Shown here in pieces: positions 1-8,229 of a stretch of DNA of 25,128 bases. The notes under the pieces were generated by a model. The model was not told where the DNA came from. It worked only from the letters and a program-made list of their open reading frames with translations, and did no database searches. Numbering within the stretch: position 1 is the stretch's first letter; each line of letters opens with the position of its first letter. A program made the position numbers and the translations under genes. Origin of the DNA: Nanobdellota archaeon (GTDB taxonomy: Archaea > Nanobdellota > Nanobdellia > Pacearchaeales > GW2011-AR1); assembly GCA_041305285.1 (NCBI GenBank), contig JBFYLU010000075.1, forward strand, positions 1-25,128, in the 5' to 3' direction.

Positions 1-2
1 TG

Positions 3-668
3 GCACTGGCAGATTCAGTAAATCCATGCGCAATTGCAGTTCTTACAATGGTTTTGGTTTCTATATTAATTCATAATCCAGATAAAAAAAGAAAAGTTTT
101 ATACTCTGGCTTGGCTTTTATTGCAGCTGTTTATATTGGATATTTATTTTATGGGGCAGTGATTATTAACTTCTTTACTGCTTTTGCTCAGTTTATGAGA
201 GAAAACTCTGGATTTGTTTACAAGGGTTTGGCAATCTTTGCCATGATTCTCGGAGCATTAAATGTCAAGGATTATTTTTCATATCAGCCAGGAGGAGTTG
301 CAACTGAGATGCCAATGCAAATGCGTCCTTATGCAAAATTAACAGCAAATAAAATTACTTCTCCATTAGGAGCTTTTTTCATAGGATTCTTAGTCACTGT
401 CTTTTTATTGCCTTGCACAATCGGCCCGTATATTATTGCTTCTGGTTTATTAGCTGAACTTGGTTTTTTAAAAGCTCTTCCATGGTTATTATATTATAAT
501 TTCTTGTTTGTTCTTCCAATGGCAGCAATTGTTGGATTAGTCTTTTGGGGATTCTCCAAAGTTCAGGATGTCTCTGGATGGAAAGAAAGAAACATCAGAA
601 GACTGCATTTAATTGCTGGAGTATTATTATTCTTAGTTGGATTGTTCCTTCTTTTAGGATGGTTGTAA
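3..668 (+). CDS. CcdA/DsbD-type transmembrane thiol-disulfide electron transporter (cytochrome c biogenesis-like), 5'-truncated by window edge
   Basis: The frame is open from position 3 (ALADSVNPCAIAVLTM...), so the listed Met at 48 is internal. It has multiple TM helices and the two Pro-Cys motifs typical of CcdA/DsbD-beta (NPC and LPCTIGPY). Confidence 0.8.
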   Translation, partial: ALADSVNPCAIAVLTMVLVSILIHNPDKKRKVLYSGLAFIAAVYIGYLFYGAVIINFFTAFAQFMRENSGFVYKGLAIFAMILGALNVKDYFSYQPGGVATEMPMQMRPYAKLTANKITSPLGAFFIGFLVTVFLLPCTIGPYIIASGLLAELGFLKALPWLLYYNFLFVLPMAAIVGLVFWGFSKVQDVSGWKERNIRRLHLIAGVLLFLVGLFLLLGWL

Positions 669-703
669 TTGTTGTCACTCATAAGTAATACAAAAACTAA
701 AGA

Positions 704-711
704 TTTATAAA
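704..711 (+). promoter_or_regulatory. Archaeal TATA box (TTTATAAA) with upstream A-rich BRE-like element; representative of many in the window
   Basis: aaaga-TTTATAAA-ccc. The first base is 29 nt before the ATG at 733, and the same spacing recurs at many genes (see findings). Confidence 0.7.
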
Positions 712-732
712 CCCCTTTCTTATAGGCTTTCT

Positions 733-1203
733 ATGGAAAAATTAACAAATCAGGTGTATGAATTGCCTTCAGAAGGACTCCACCTATTGGTTATGGACTT
801 TGTAAATACAATTGTAGATTGCTCTGGTTCAGTTAGACATCCATTTAAACTAAGGCCTGGAGTAAGAGATTTTATCCAGTATCACCAGGATAATGGAGTG
901 CCAGTAGTTATTAGTTCTGATGCTGAAGAAGAGCATATACAAGAGACTATTGAAAGACTAGGGATTAGAAATCATATTAATGCAATTTATGGAAGAACCC
1001 ACATGGTGGATGACATCACAAAAGATATTTCCAGAATATGCAGAGAAAGAGGAGTTGCTCCAGAAAAAACATTGATGGTGGGAGATATCCCTGGAATTGA
1101 CGGGGAATCAGCAAGAAAAGCAGGAGTAAAATTCCTTCATGTTCCAATGCCAGAATTAAATGATTCATTCTCTTATGAACAATATCTTAAAAGAGAAAAC
1201 TAA
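733..1203 (+). CDS. HAD-superfamily hydrolase
   Basis: Motif I-like LLVMDFVNT, motif II ISS, motif IV MVGDIPGIDGESARKAGV. Confidence 0.8.
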   Translation: MEKLTNQVYELPSEGLHLLVMDFVNTIVDCSGSVRHPFKLRPGVRDFIQYHQDNGVPVVISSDAEEEHIQETIERLGIRNHINAIYGRTHMVDDITKDISRICRERGVAPEKTLMVGDIPGIDGESARKAGVKFLHVPMPELNDSFSYEQYLKREN

Positions 1204-1204
1204 A

Positions 1205-1426
1205 ATGAAAATGCATTGCTCAATACCAAAAATTGTGGATAATTTTTTTAATCTTATAGACAAGCAAATACTTGAGAGAGTTGCAAGAGGAGTTTATGCA
1301 CTTGATAAACTGCCTAAAGCTTCAAAGAACAGAGATTCAGCCCAGCCAAGCGATTATGCAACAGCTTACACAAGAGCAATAGAGACTTTCAGGTCAATTG
1401 AAACAGATTCTCGAATTGTGCTATAA
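1205..1426 (+). CDS. Hypothetical protein (~73 aa)
   Basis: ATG at 1205 lies 1 nt after the HAD stop, which is more plausible than the overlapping start at 1160. No recognisable motif. Confidence 0.5.
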   Translation: MKMHCSIPKIVDNFFNLIDKQILERVARGVYALDKLPKASKNRDSAQPSDYATAYTRAIETFRSIETDSRIVL

Positions 1427-1479
1427 AAAATATATTTTTTTATCTAAATCTTTAAAAAACACTTTAATCTTTATTTTTC

Positions 1480-2523
1480 ATGATTATTGGACTAACAGGA
1501 ACTAAAGCTTCTGGAAAGGGGATTCTTGCTGAAATACTTAGGGAAGAAGGGTTTGTTTATTCATCAACCTCAGATAGGGTTAGAGAAGAAGCCATTTTAA
1601 GAGGCATTGAAAATTATACTATAAAAGATTTACAAAATATTGGAAATGAATTAAGAGAAAAATTTGGTTGTGATATTCTTGTTAAAAGAACTCTTGAAAA
1701 GTTAAAGGATAGTAAAAATTTAGTTATTGATGGCATAAGAAATCCTGGTGAAATTGAAGCATTAAAAAAACAAAATGCAAAAATTGTTGCTGTTGATGCT
1801 CCAGAAAAACAACGATTTGAAAGATTAATAAAAAGAGCAAGACATAGCGACCCTAAAACTTGGGAAGAATTTATTGCAATGGAAAAAAGAGATTCTGGAA
1901 TTGGAGAGTCAAACACTGGACAGCAAACATCAAAATGCATTGAAATGGCAGATTATAGGATAATAAATGAAGGAACTCTTGAAGAATTAAAGACTAAAAT
2001 TGAATATTTTTTAATGAAGGTCATCTCTAATAATAAAATAAGGAAAAGAGGTAATTATCTGTCTTGGGACGAGTATTTTATGGGAGTTGCATTTTTATCT
2101 GCTCAAAGAAGCAAAGATCCAAATACACAAGTTGGAGCATGCATTGTTAATTCTGAAAAGAAAATCATAGGAACAGGTTATAATGGTTTTCCGATTGGAT
2201 GTTCTGATGACAATCTTCCATGGCAGAGGGAAGGAAATTTCTTAGATACAAAATATCCTTATGTTTGCCACGCTGAATTAAACGCAATTCTTAATAGCAC
2301 TAGAGATTTAAATGGCTGCACTATTTATGTTGGAATGTTTCCATGCAATGAATGCGCTAAAGCAATAATTCAGTCAGGAATAAAAGAAGTTGTTTATCTT
2401 AGTGATAAGTATATTGACAGCGATTCTGTAAAAGCATCCAAAAGAATGTTTAATCAGGCAGGAATAAGACAGAAGCAATTATTTTTGAATAAAGATTCAA
2501 TATTAATTAATTTAGTTTGCTGA
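1480..2523 (+). CDS. Fusion: N-terminal P-loop NMP/dephospho-CoA-kinase-like domain plus C-terminal dCMP deaminase (ComEB/DCD family)
   Basis: N-terminal [13 protein letters not shown] Walker A and [11 protein letters not shown]-terminal [29 protein letters not shown] and PCNECAK (Zn-binding deaminase motifs). TATA at 1451-1458. Confidence 0.9.
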   Translation: MIIGLTGTKASGKGILAEILREEGFVYSSTSDRVREEAILRGIENYTIKDLQNIGNELREKFGCDILVKRTLEKLKDSKNLVIDGIRNPGEIEALKKQNAKIVAVDAPEKQRFERLIKRARHSDPKTWEEFIAMEKRDSGIGESNTGQQTSKCIEMADYRIINEGTLEELKTKIEYFLMKVISNNKIRKRGNYLSWDEYFMGVAFLSAQRSKDPNTQVGACIVNSEKKIIGTGYNGFPIGCSDDNLPWQREGNFLDTKYPYVCHAELNAILNSTRDLNGCTIYVGMFPCNECAKAIIQSGIKEVVYLSDKYIDSDSVKASKRMFNQAGIRQKQLFLNKDSILINLVC

Positions 2524-2558
2524 TAATTAATCTTTTTTAGTAATATTTAAAAAATTAT

Positions 2559-2858
2559 CTAATAACTCGGCATCAATTCATTGTGCCCAAACTGAATCAT
2601 CAAGTCAATTTCTTTCTCAATCTCTTTATTTAATACAGGAGTATCACACGCTCCAAAGCACGAATCCATCCAAATAATAAACTCAACCTTGCCTTTAGTA
2701 TTTTCTACAAGGTAATCAACAACAGCAGTAGCATATGGCTTTAAACCATCTGGAAACTGCAATAAAACCAGCTTGGCATTGTTTTTCTTTATATTTGCAA
2801 TTACTTTGTCTAATTCCAAGTCATAGGTTTCATTTAATTCCTGTATTGTTCTTTGCAT
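2559..2858 (-). CDS. dph2: Diphthamide synthase Dph2, N-terminal domain only (99 aa; split gene or fragment)
   Basis: VLLQFPDGLK, SCFGACD and IQFGH match Dph2 domain 1. Full-length archaeal Dph2 is ~340 aa. TATA begins 29 nt upstream (2887). Confidence 0.8.
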   Translation of the reverse strand: MQRTIQELNETYDLELDKVIANIKKNNAKLVLLQFPDGLKPYATAVVDYLVENTKGKVEFIIWMDSCFGACDTPVLNKEIEKEIDLMIQFGHNELMPSY

Positions 2859-2973
2859 AGAAATTCGATATAATCTGAGTTTTTAAATTAATTGATAGCT
2901 TAACTGATTTATTAAAATAACATTTCAAACATCATTGAGAAACTATTGTAATCAAAAGAACTGGTTTTTAATT

Positions 2974-3711
2974 CTATTTCTTTAGAGCTTCAAGAATTTG
3001 AGATTCCAAACCTGTAAGTTTCAGAGTTTCCAAAGCTCTCTGAATATCTTTAGAAGTATATGCTTCTACTCTTGATTCTTTTCCACTTGGCTTCGCGACT
3101 TCGTCGCTCGCACGTACCCCACGAGCCTCATTATCGTCAAGTTCGAGGTCCCAGTTGCCACCAATACCAGACCTGTCGCCTTCGCCAACCCCGCAAAGCC
3201 ACGCTTGTCTTGCAAATGGCGTGTTTCCAGAATTTGCTAAATAAAATTGAATATTGTCAATTCCATTTTCTTTAAGGAATTCGCCGTATTCTTTTGCATT
3301 CTTGCCAAAGGCAAAGTTTGTTAGTGCTTCATCTGCAAATCTCCTTGTTGGAATTTCAGTGTTTGTTCTCTTTACAGAGTCTGCAAGTGATTCTTCTACT
3401 TGTTCATCAGTTAAATAAAAATCCTTTCTACTTCTGTGACAATCTGTTGCTTGTTTTGCATTTGCCATTATTGGAGATTTCTTTGATAAAAAAATTCCTC
3501 TATCTGAATCATAAATAAATGCCTCTCTTGTCCAGTTTCCCCTTCTTGAAACGCTTGAATCTGAACCTTCTTGAACTCTTAATCCTGCCTGCTCTTCAAG
3601 AGATATAACTCTATAGCCATTGCTTTCCAGAGCTTCTTTTGCTTTATCAAAAGCTCCGACAGCATAAGCTGAATGAAGTTTTCCTCTTGTTACATCTTGT
3701 GTTATTTCCAT
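2974..3711 (-). CDS. Putative DGR target (variable) protein, copy 1, predicted C-type-lectin-fold C-terminal variable region
   Basis: Paralogue of 15417-16040. The C-terminal segment ARQAWLC-(20 variable aa)-NEARGVR resembles the W...S...RGVR variable region of DPANN DGR targets (recalled family pattern). Downstream GAA-loop hairpin. Confidence 0.7.
   Translation of the reverse strand: MEITQDVTRGKLHSAYAVGAFDKAKEALESNGYRVISLEEQAGLRVQEGSDSSVSRRGNWTREAFIYDSDRGIFLSKKSPIMANAKQATDCHRSRKDFYLTDEQVEESLADSVKRTNTEIPTRRFADEALTNFAFGKNAKEYGEFLKENGIDNIQFYLANSGNTPFARQAWLCGVGEGDRSGIGGNWDLELDDNEARGVRASDEVAKPSGKESRVEAYTSKDIQRALETLKLTGLESQILEALKK
3095..3192 (-). mobile_element. DGR-like variable region (3133-3192), conserved IMH-like segment and GCGAC-GAA-GTCGC hairpin (3095-3107)
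   Basis: Local GC-rich patch. 15 of 20 variable codons end in C/T. A perfect 5-bp stem with GAA triloop (minus strand) lies 25 nt downstream of the variable core. Confidence 0.65.
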
Positions 3712-3814
3712 GCTTTTTCATAAGAAATGGGATATTTAAAACTTTATATTGTTACTTCTACAAAGTTTGCACAAACTTCACAACATGATAAGCAATTCCA
3801 GTTGCCAATGCTCC

Positions 3815-3991
3815 TTAATTAGGCAAAGCAGGTGGCTGAGGGACTGAACTTCCAGGAATCAAAGAACTAACATCCCCGCCTGAAATCCACAAGTAAATTC
3901 CTATTCCAGCAGCAATTAAGACTGCAATAACTAATATCCAAATCCATAAACTGCTCTTTTTTTCTTGCATTTCTGTTGTTTGTTCATCCAT
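3815..3991 (-). CDS. Small single-pass membrane protein (58 aa) with C-terminal QPPALP motif
   Basis: ATG at 3991 is 1 nt after the stop of the upstream gene. The TM segment WIWILVIAVLIAAGIGIYLW is nearly the same as that of 4980-5705. Confidence 0.7.
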   Translation of the reverse strand: MDEQTTEMQEKKSSLWIWILVIAVLIAAGIGIYLWISGGDVSSLIPGSSVPQPPALPN

Positions 3992-3992
3992 T

Positions 3993-4940
3993 TTAATAAT
4001 TAATATGTCTTCCAATTAAACAAGGCGGAATAGCGTTGTTAAACTGATTCCTAATGGCAGTATTTGTTTCTTCATAAGCCAGGGCCCCACTTTCTCCTCC
4101 TTGTTCTTCCATTAAGTCTGCAACTTCTTGCAAATCACTTTCTGGAACTAAGCTAGCATATTTTTGAGCCACGCATCTTGAGGCAGCATCACAATCTGTT
4201 TGTGAATTATAATCATCAGCATTATTTAAGTCACACTCTTCATATGCAAGTTCCTCATAATAATAATCTTCAATAGTTTTTCTTAATCCAGTATTATTCC
4301 CATTTCCAGGCAAAGGTGGAGGAGAAATTCCACTTGACTCTCCAAGAGTGCAATCATTTGTAACCTTAACAATTAATCCTAATCCTATAGAATCTGAAGT
4401 CAAATGCTCATTCATAAAATTATCATTAACTAAATTACTAGACCACTCCTGAACAATCTGCTCAAAATGATATACTTTTTCAATATCACAATCTCTTGTA
4501 ATGTCCTCAAAACTACTTCCACTCATGTCAGGAGTTATAGTTACAAAATTCCATCCTGCACTAAGCTGCCGCATAGACAATGGCATGTAATCCTCTAAAG
4601 TGGAATATTTTAATATCCCGTCTTTATTAGAATAAACCCACATAGCACTTGTTAATGCAACATCATCATCAATATTAGCAGACATATCCACCTCTGGATG
4701 AATCTGAACATATCTTCTAAGATTTGGAGCATAATACCACACTGCTTTGATATCTGATGCTTGAATTTCACTGTCACTTGTTATTGCTTCATTAGGCATA
4801 ATTCCTGCAATAATATTCCATCCTTTTACAACACTTACTTCCACACTATAAGGAGCATCATTCCCACCAGTCATTGTATTTGCACAGACTAAAACTCCCA
4901 GACTAATCAAAAGAATTAATGTAGCAATTACTTTTTTCAT
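3993..4940 (-). CDS. Secreted/surface protein (S-layer-like, acidic, Cys-containing)
   Basis: N-terminal signal peptide MKKVIATLILLISLGVLVCA, two GWN beta-strand motifs (VKGWNII, SAGWNFV), a PPPLP linker and an acidic C-terminal domain. Confidence 0.7.
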   Translation of the reverse strand: MKKVIATLILLISLGVLVCANTMTGGNDAPYSVEVSVVKGWNIIAGIMPNEAITSDSEIQASDIKAVWYYAPNLRRYVQIHPEVDMSANIDDDVALTSAMWVYSNKDGILKYSTLEDYMPLSMRQLSAGWNFVTITPDMSGSSFEDITRDCDIEKVYHFEQIVQEWSSNLVNDNFMNEHLTSDSIGLGLIVKVTNDCTLGESSGISPPPLPGNGNNTGLRKTIEDYYYEELAYEECDLNNADDYNSQTDCDAASRCVAQKYASLVPESDLQEVADLMEEQGGESGALAYEETNTAIRNQFNNAIPPCLIGRHINY

Positions 4941-4979
4941 ATATTCTAAAAAACATCCTTCTTTTTATAATTATCCATT

Positions 4980-5705
4980 TTACCAGCTAACAGCAGGATA
5001 TTCATTTAAGAAATGCTGAGTTACTGGATTATTAATATCAGCTGAATCACTATAATCATAAGAAACAGAGCCGTCTTCATTGCTTGTTCTGTCAGACTCA
5101 AGGATAAATACCTGCTCATATTCACTTCCTTGGCTGGTAAACCATAAAAGTTCATGGATTTCTAGACTATAAACACTGGTTCCAGGAACAGGAGAAAGTT
5201 CAGGAAACATTGCTCTGGTAACTTCCTGAAAAGTATCCTTGCCTTTGCTAAAATTTCCAAGTGTCACAAAGATAGTTTTTTTATTTAAATTATTAAAATA
5301 TGTTAAAAAAGTTCCGCTAGAGCACACCTCTCCACTAACATTAATTTCATTTCCTTCAACATCAGTCATCCCAGGTTCATAATTAGTGCATTCCTCTTGC
5401 CCTGCTTCTGCTGACTCTAAAACATAATCACTAATTGTTTCTGGAAACTCAGAAGTTTCTAGGATATCTGTCTGAGAAATTATCTCCTCTTCTCCTGCCT
5501 CTTCTTCATTGCCAAGAATCTTCCCATAATCTGCAAATAAGTAAATTCCAATTCCTATTGCAATTAAAACCACTAAAACAAGTGTAATCCAAATCCAAGC
5601 CCTGCTTCCTTGTTCAGGAACTTCTTCTGCTGTTGATGAAGGAGCCTGCTCATTGTATGTCTCATTTTCTGCATTGTTTGTTTCATCTGGGGTTTCTTCA
5701 TCCAT
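4980..5705 (-). CDS. Membrane-anchored acidic surface protein
   Basis: Acidic N-tail, a single TM (AWIWITLVLVVLIAIGIGIYLF) and an acidic ectodomain with two Cys. Confidence 0.7.
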   Translation of the reverse strand: MDEETPDETNNAENETYNEQAPSSTAEEVPEQGSRAWIWITLVLVVLIAIGIGIYLFADYGKILGNEEEAGEEEIISQTDILETSEFPETISDYVLESAEAGQEECTNYEPGMTDVEGNEINVSGEVCSSGTFLTYFNNLNKKTIFVTLGNFSKGKDTFQEVTRAMFPELSPVPGTSVYSLEIHELLWFTSQGSEYEQVFILESDRTSNEDGSVSYDYSDSADINNPVTQHFLNEYPAVSW

Positions 5706-5781
5706 AATATTTCATGAAATTAAATATTCTATATAAATCTTTTGAAGCAGGGTATTGTATTAATTAAAACATAGTAAGAAA

Positions 5782-5789
5782 TTATTAAA
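5782..5789 (+). promoter_or_regulatory. Candidate TATA box for the hairpin RNA
   Basis: aagaa-a-TTATTAAA-aaccc. +29 nt gives 5811, one base before hairpin 1, and no plus-strand CDS follows. Confidence 0.5.
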
Positions 5790-5811
5790 AACCCTTGATT
5801 CTTATGAAAAT

Positions 5812-5920
5812 TGGTTAAGCTTCGGCTTAATCAGAGATAGAACTTCGGTTCTCATCTCACGCTTAACTTCGGTTAGGCACTGGAGGCCAGAAACTTCGGT
5901 TACTGCCTCCTACTTTTTTT
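5812..5920 (+). ncRNA. Candidate small structured RNA: four tandem C(UUCG)G hairpins followed by a T-tract
   Basis: Hairpins at 5812-5833 (9 bp), 5834-5858 (10 bp + bulge), 5861-5878 (7 bp) and 5882-5910 (11 bp with a mismatch and a bulge). All four loops are TTCG closed by C-G. G-U pairs work only on the + strand. T7 tract at 5914-5920. Confidence 0.65.
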
Positions 5921-5946
5921 ATTTTAATAAAATATTCTCTTAGATT

Positions 5947-6411
5947 TCAATTATGCTTCTTATGATTATTCTTCCAAGTTAATCTTTTAAGACTGAATGT
6001 TTTCTGCAGGCTTATTCTATCCAATAGATACTCTCCAACAAATGCAAAAGGAACGGCAATTATAAACGCAGTTAAAACAATTTTAAGAGTTATTGCATCT
6101 CCTATTGCAAGAGAAAAAGCAATCAAATCCTCAGCAACTCCTAAAACAACCCCAAATATCAAGAACTCTAAAAAAACCTCAAGATTCTTGTATTTCTTAT
6201 TTAAATTAAATAATTTCAAAAAATCAATTCTATCCACCACATACTCTCCTAAAAAAGCAAATGGAAGAGTAACTAAGAATATAATCAGCAAGATAAAAAG
6301 AGTTATTGGTTCATTTGTAATAAACTTAATTAAAATAATATCTTCTATTATTCCAAGAATTATCCCTCCAATTAAAAATTCCAAAAAGATAAATAATCTA
6401 TTGTTTTTCAT
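5947..6411 (-). CDS. 4-TM membrane protein with internal tandem duplication and intramembrane acidic residues
   Basis: Two ~65-aa repeats: FLEFLIGGIILGIIED...PFAFLGEYVVDRI and FLEFLIFGVVLGVAED...PFAFVGEYLLDRI. TATA begins at 6440. Confidence 0.75.
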   Translation of the reverse strand: MKNNRLFIFLEFLIGGIILGIIEDIILIKFITNEPITLFILLIIFLVTLPFAFLGEYVVDRIDFLKLFNLNKKYKNLEVFLEFLIFGVVLGVAEDLIAFSLAIGDAITLKIVLTAFIIAVPFAFVGEYLLDRISLQKTFSLKRLTWKNNHKKHN

Positions 6412-6482
6412 AGAGATATATTGATTTAAAGATTTATAAATTCTTTAGAAATCTTTTTAACCTACTTTAATCATTCTTAACT

Positions 6483-8228
6483 ATGGCAAATATTCGTCAA
6501 CCTATTGTGACTGTCTGCGGGCATGTAGACCATGGAAAAACATCTATTCTTGATTGTCTTAGGCAGAGCTGTGTTCAGGAAGCAGAAGCAGGAGGAATAA
6601 CCCAAAAGATTTCATTCACAAAATACCCAATAGACAAGTTAAAATCAGCCTGTCCACTAATAGAAAAATCAGGAATCAAGCTAAATATCCCAGGATTTCT
6701 CCTTATTGACACTCCAGGACACGCAGCATTTACTAATCTTAGAAAAAGAGGAGGAGCATTAGCAGACTTGGCTGTTCTTGTAATTGACATTAATGAAGGA
6801 ATAAAACCCCAGACATCAGAAGTCATTCAAATCCTAAAAATGAACAAGACTCCTTTCTTGATTGCAATGAACAAAATAGATAATATTTCTGGCTGGCACG
6901 CAAACAAGGACAAGGGAATCAAGGAAAGCATTGAATCCCAAAGAGAGCCTGTTCTTCAGTTATTTCAGGAAAGATACATGACCCTAATAGGTTCACTAAA
7001 CAGCTATGGCTTTGACGCTGATTTATATTATAATATACAGGATTTCACAAAGAAGATTGCATTGGTTCCTGTTTCTGCAAGAACTAAAGAAGGAGTCCAG
7101 GAACTAATAATGATGCTCTGCGGAATAAGCCAAAAATATCTAAGCAATAAATTGGAAATTGGAAAAGATGCAAAAGGAGTAATGCTTGAGGTAAAAACAG
7201 AAAAAGCAATAAATTTCAGCGAGGCAATACTTTATGATGGAGAATTATCCAAAAAAGACACAATTGCAGTTGCTAATTTTGAAAATCCAGACAAGCCAAT
7301 AATAACTAAAATAAGGATTCTTGAAGAAATAGAGCCACTATGCCCAAAATTCAAGCCAAAAGAAAAAGTTCAGGCTTCTACTGGACTAAGAATGCAGTTA
7401 ATAGAAAAAGCAAACATTCTTCCTGGAATGCCTTTTGAAATATTCAGGGATAATCTGCCTGAAATAAAAGAAAAATTCAAAAAAGAAATATCTGAAAACA
7501 TAAAAACCCAAAGCAATGGAATAATCGCAAAGGCAGATTCTTTAGGAAGCCTTGAAGCTCTTTTAGTATTGTTAAAAGAAAATCATATCCCAGTTGTAAA
7601 AGCAGGAATAGGAAAGATAAGCAAGACAGATATTATTTCTGCAAAAGCCAATCTGGAAATAAATGAGCTTGATGCCTTGATTATTGGTTTTAATACTGAA
7701 ATAGACGAAGAAGCAAAAGAAATTAAAGGCAATATAAAAATCATCACAGATGAAGTTATCTATAAATTAATTGAAAATCTTGTGAAATTCAGGCAGGAAA
7801 AAACAAAAGAAATTGAAAAAAGAAGGCTAATGGAATTAGCAACACTATGCAAGCTTGAGATACTTCACCAGTATGTATTTAGAAACACAAGTCCTGCAAT
7901 ATTTGGTGTGAGAGTTAGTGCAGGAAAAGCAATTCAAGACCTGCATTTTATAGACGAGAGTGGAGAAAAAGTAGGAAGAATAAAAAACATCCAGCATGAA
8001 AAAGCATCTGTTCCAGAAGCAACAGAAGGCATGGAAGTTGCTATCTCTGTTCCAGGAGCAAACTATGAAAGGCAAATCAAGCCATTAAAATACTTATATT
8101 CTGATATCTCTGAATCTCAGTTCAGGACATTTAAGAAAAACAAGGATTTGCTAAGTCAAGGCGAGGTAAAAACTCTGCAGGAAATTGCAGAAATAAAACG
8201 AAAAGAAAAAAGTGAATGGGGAATGTAA
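6483..8228 (+). CDS. infB: Translation initiation factor aIF5B (IF-2)
   Basis: RQPIVTVCGHVDHGKTS, GGITQ, IDTPGHAAFTNLRKRGG and MNKID. The 581-aa length and KADSLGSLEAL domain III match archaeal IF5B. Confidence 0.97.
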   Translation: MANIRQPIVTVCGHVDHGKTSILDCLRQSCVQEAEAGGITQKISFTKYPIDKLKSACPLIEKSGIKLNIPGFLLIDTPGHAAFTNLRKRGGALADLAVLVIDINEGIKPQTSEVIQILKMNKTPFLIAMNKIDNISGWHANKDKGIKESIESQREPVLQLFQERYMTLIGSLNSYGFDADLYYNIQDFTKKIALVPVSARTKEGVQELIMMLCGISQKYLSNKLEIGKDAKGVMLEVKTEKAINFSEAILYDGELSKKDTIAVANFENPDKPIITKIRILEEIEPLCPKFKPKEKVQASTGLRMQLIEKANILPGMPFEIFRDNLPEIKEKFKKEISENIKTQSNGIIAKADSLGSLEALLVLLKENHIPVVKAGIGKISKTDIISAKANLEINELDALIIGFNTEIDEEAKEIKGNIKIITDEVIYKLIENLVKFRQEKTKEIEKRRLMELATLCKLEILHQYVFRNTSPAIFGVRVSAGKAIQDLHFIDESGEKVGRIKNIQHEKASVPEATEGMEVAISVPGANYERQIKPLKYLYSDISESQFRTFKKNKDLLSQGEVKTLQEIAEIKRKEKSEWGM

Positions 8229-8229
8229 T

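Noticed and set aside
3763-3778. Near-palindrome aagtttgcacaaactt upstream of the DGR-like gene promoter
   Set aside because: It is a single AT-rich 7-bp inverted repeat with no second copy upstream of the paralogue. It could be an operator, but the sequence alone does not support the call.
5804-5818. ATG AAA ATT GGT TAA micro-ORF at the start of the hairpin element
   Set aside because: It has only four codons, its stop lies in hairpin 1, and there is no evidence of translation.
5812-5910. Four-stem element read as a tRNA
   Set aside because: The hairpins are in series with no enclosing acceptor stem, and there is no T-loop (TTCRA) or D-loop consensus and no 7-nt anticodon loop.
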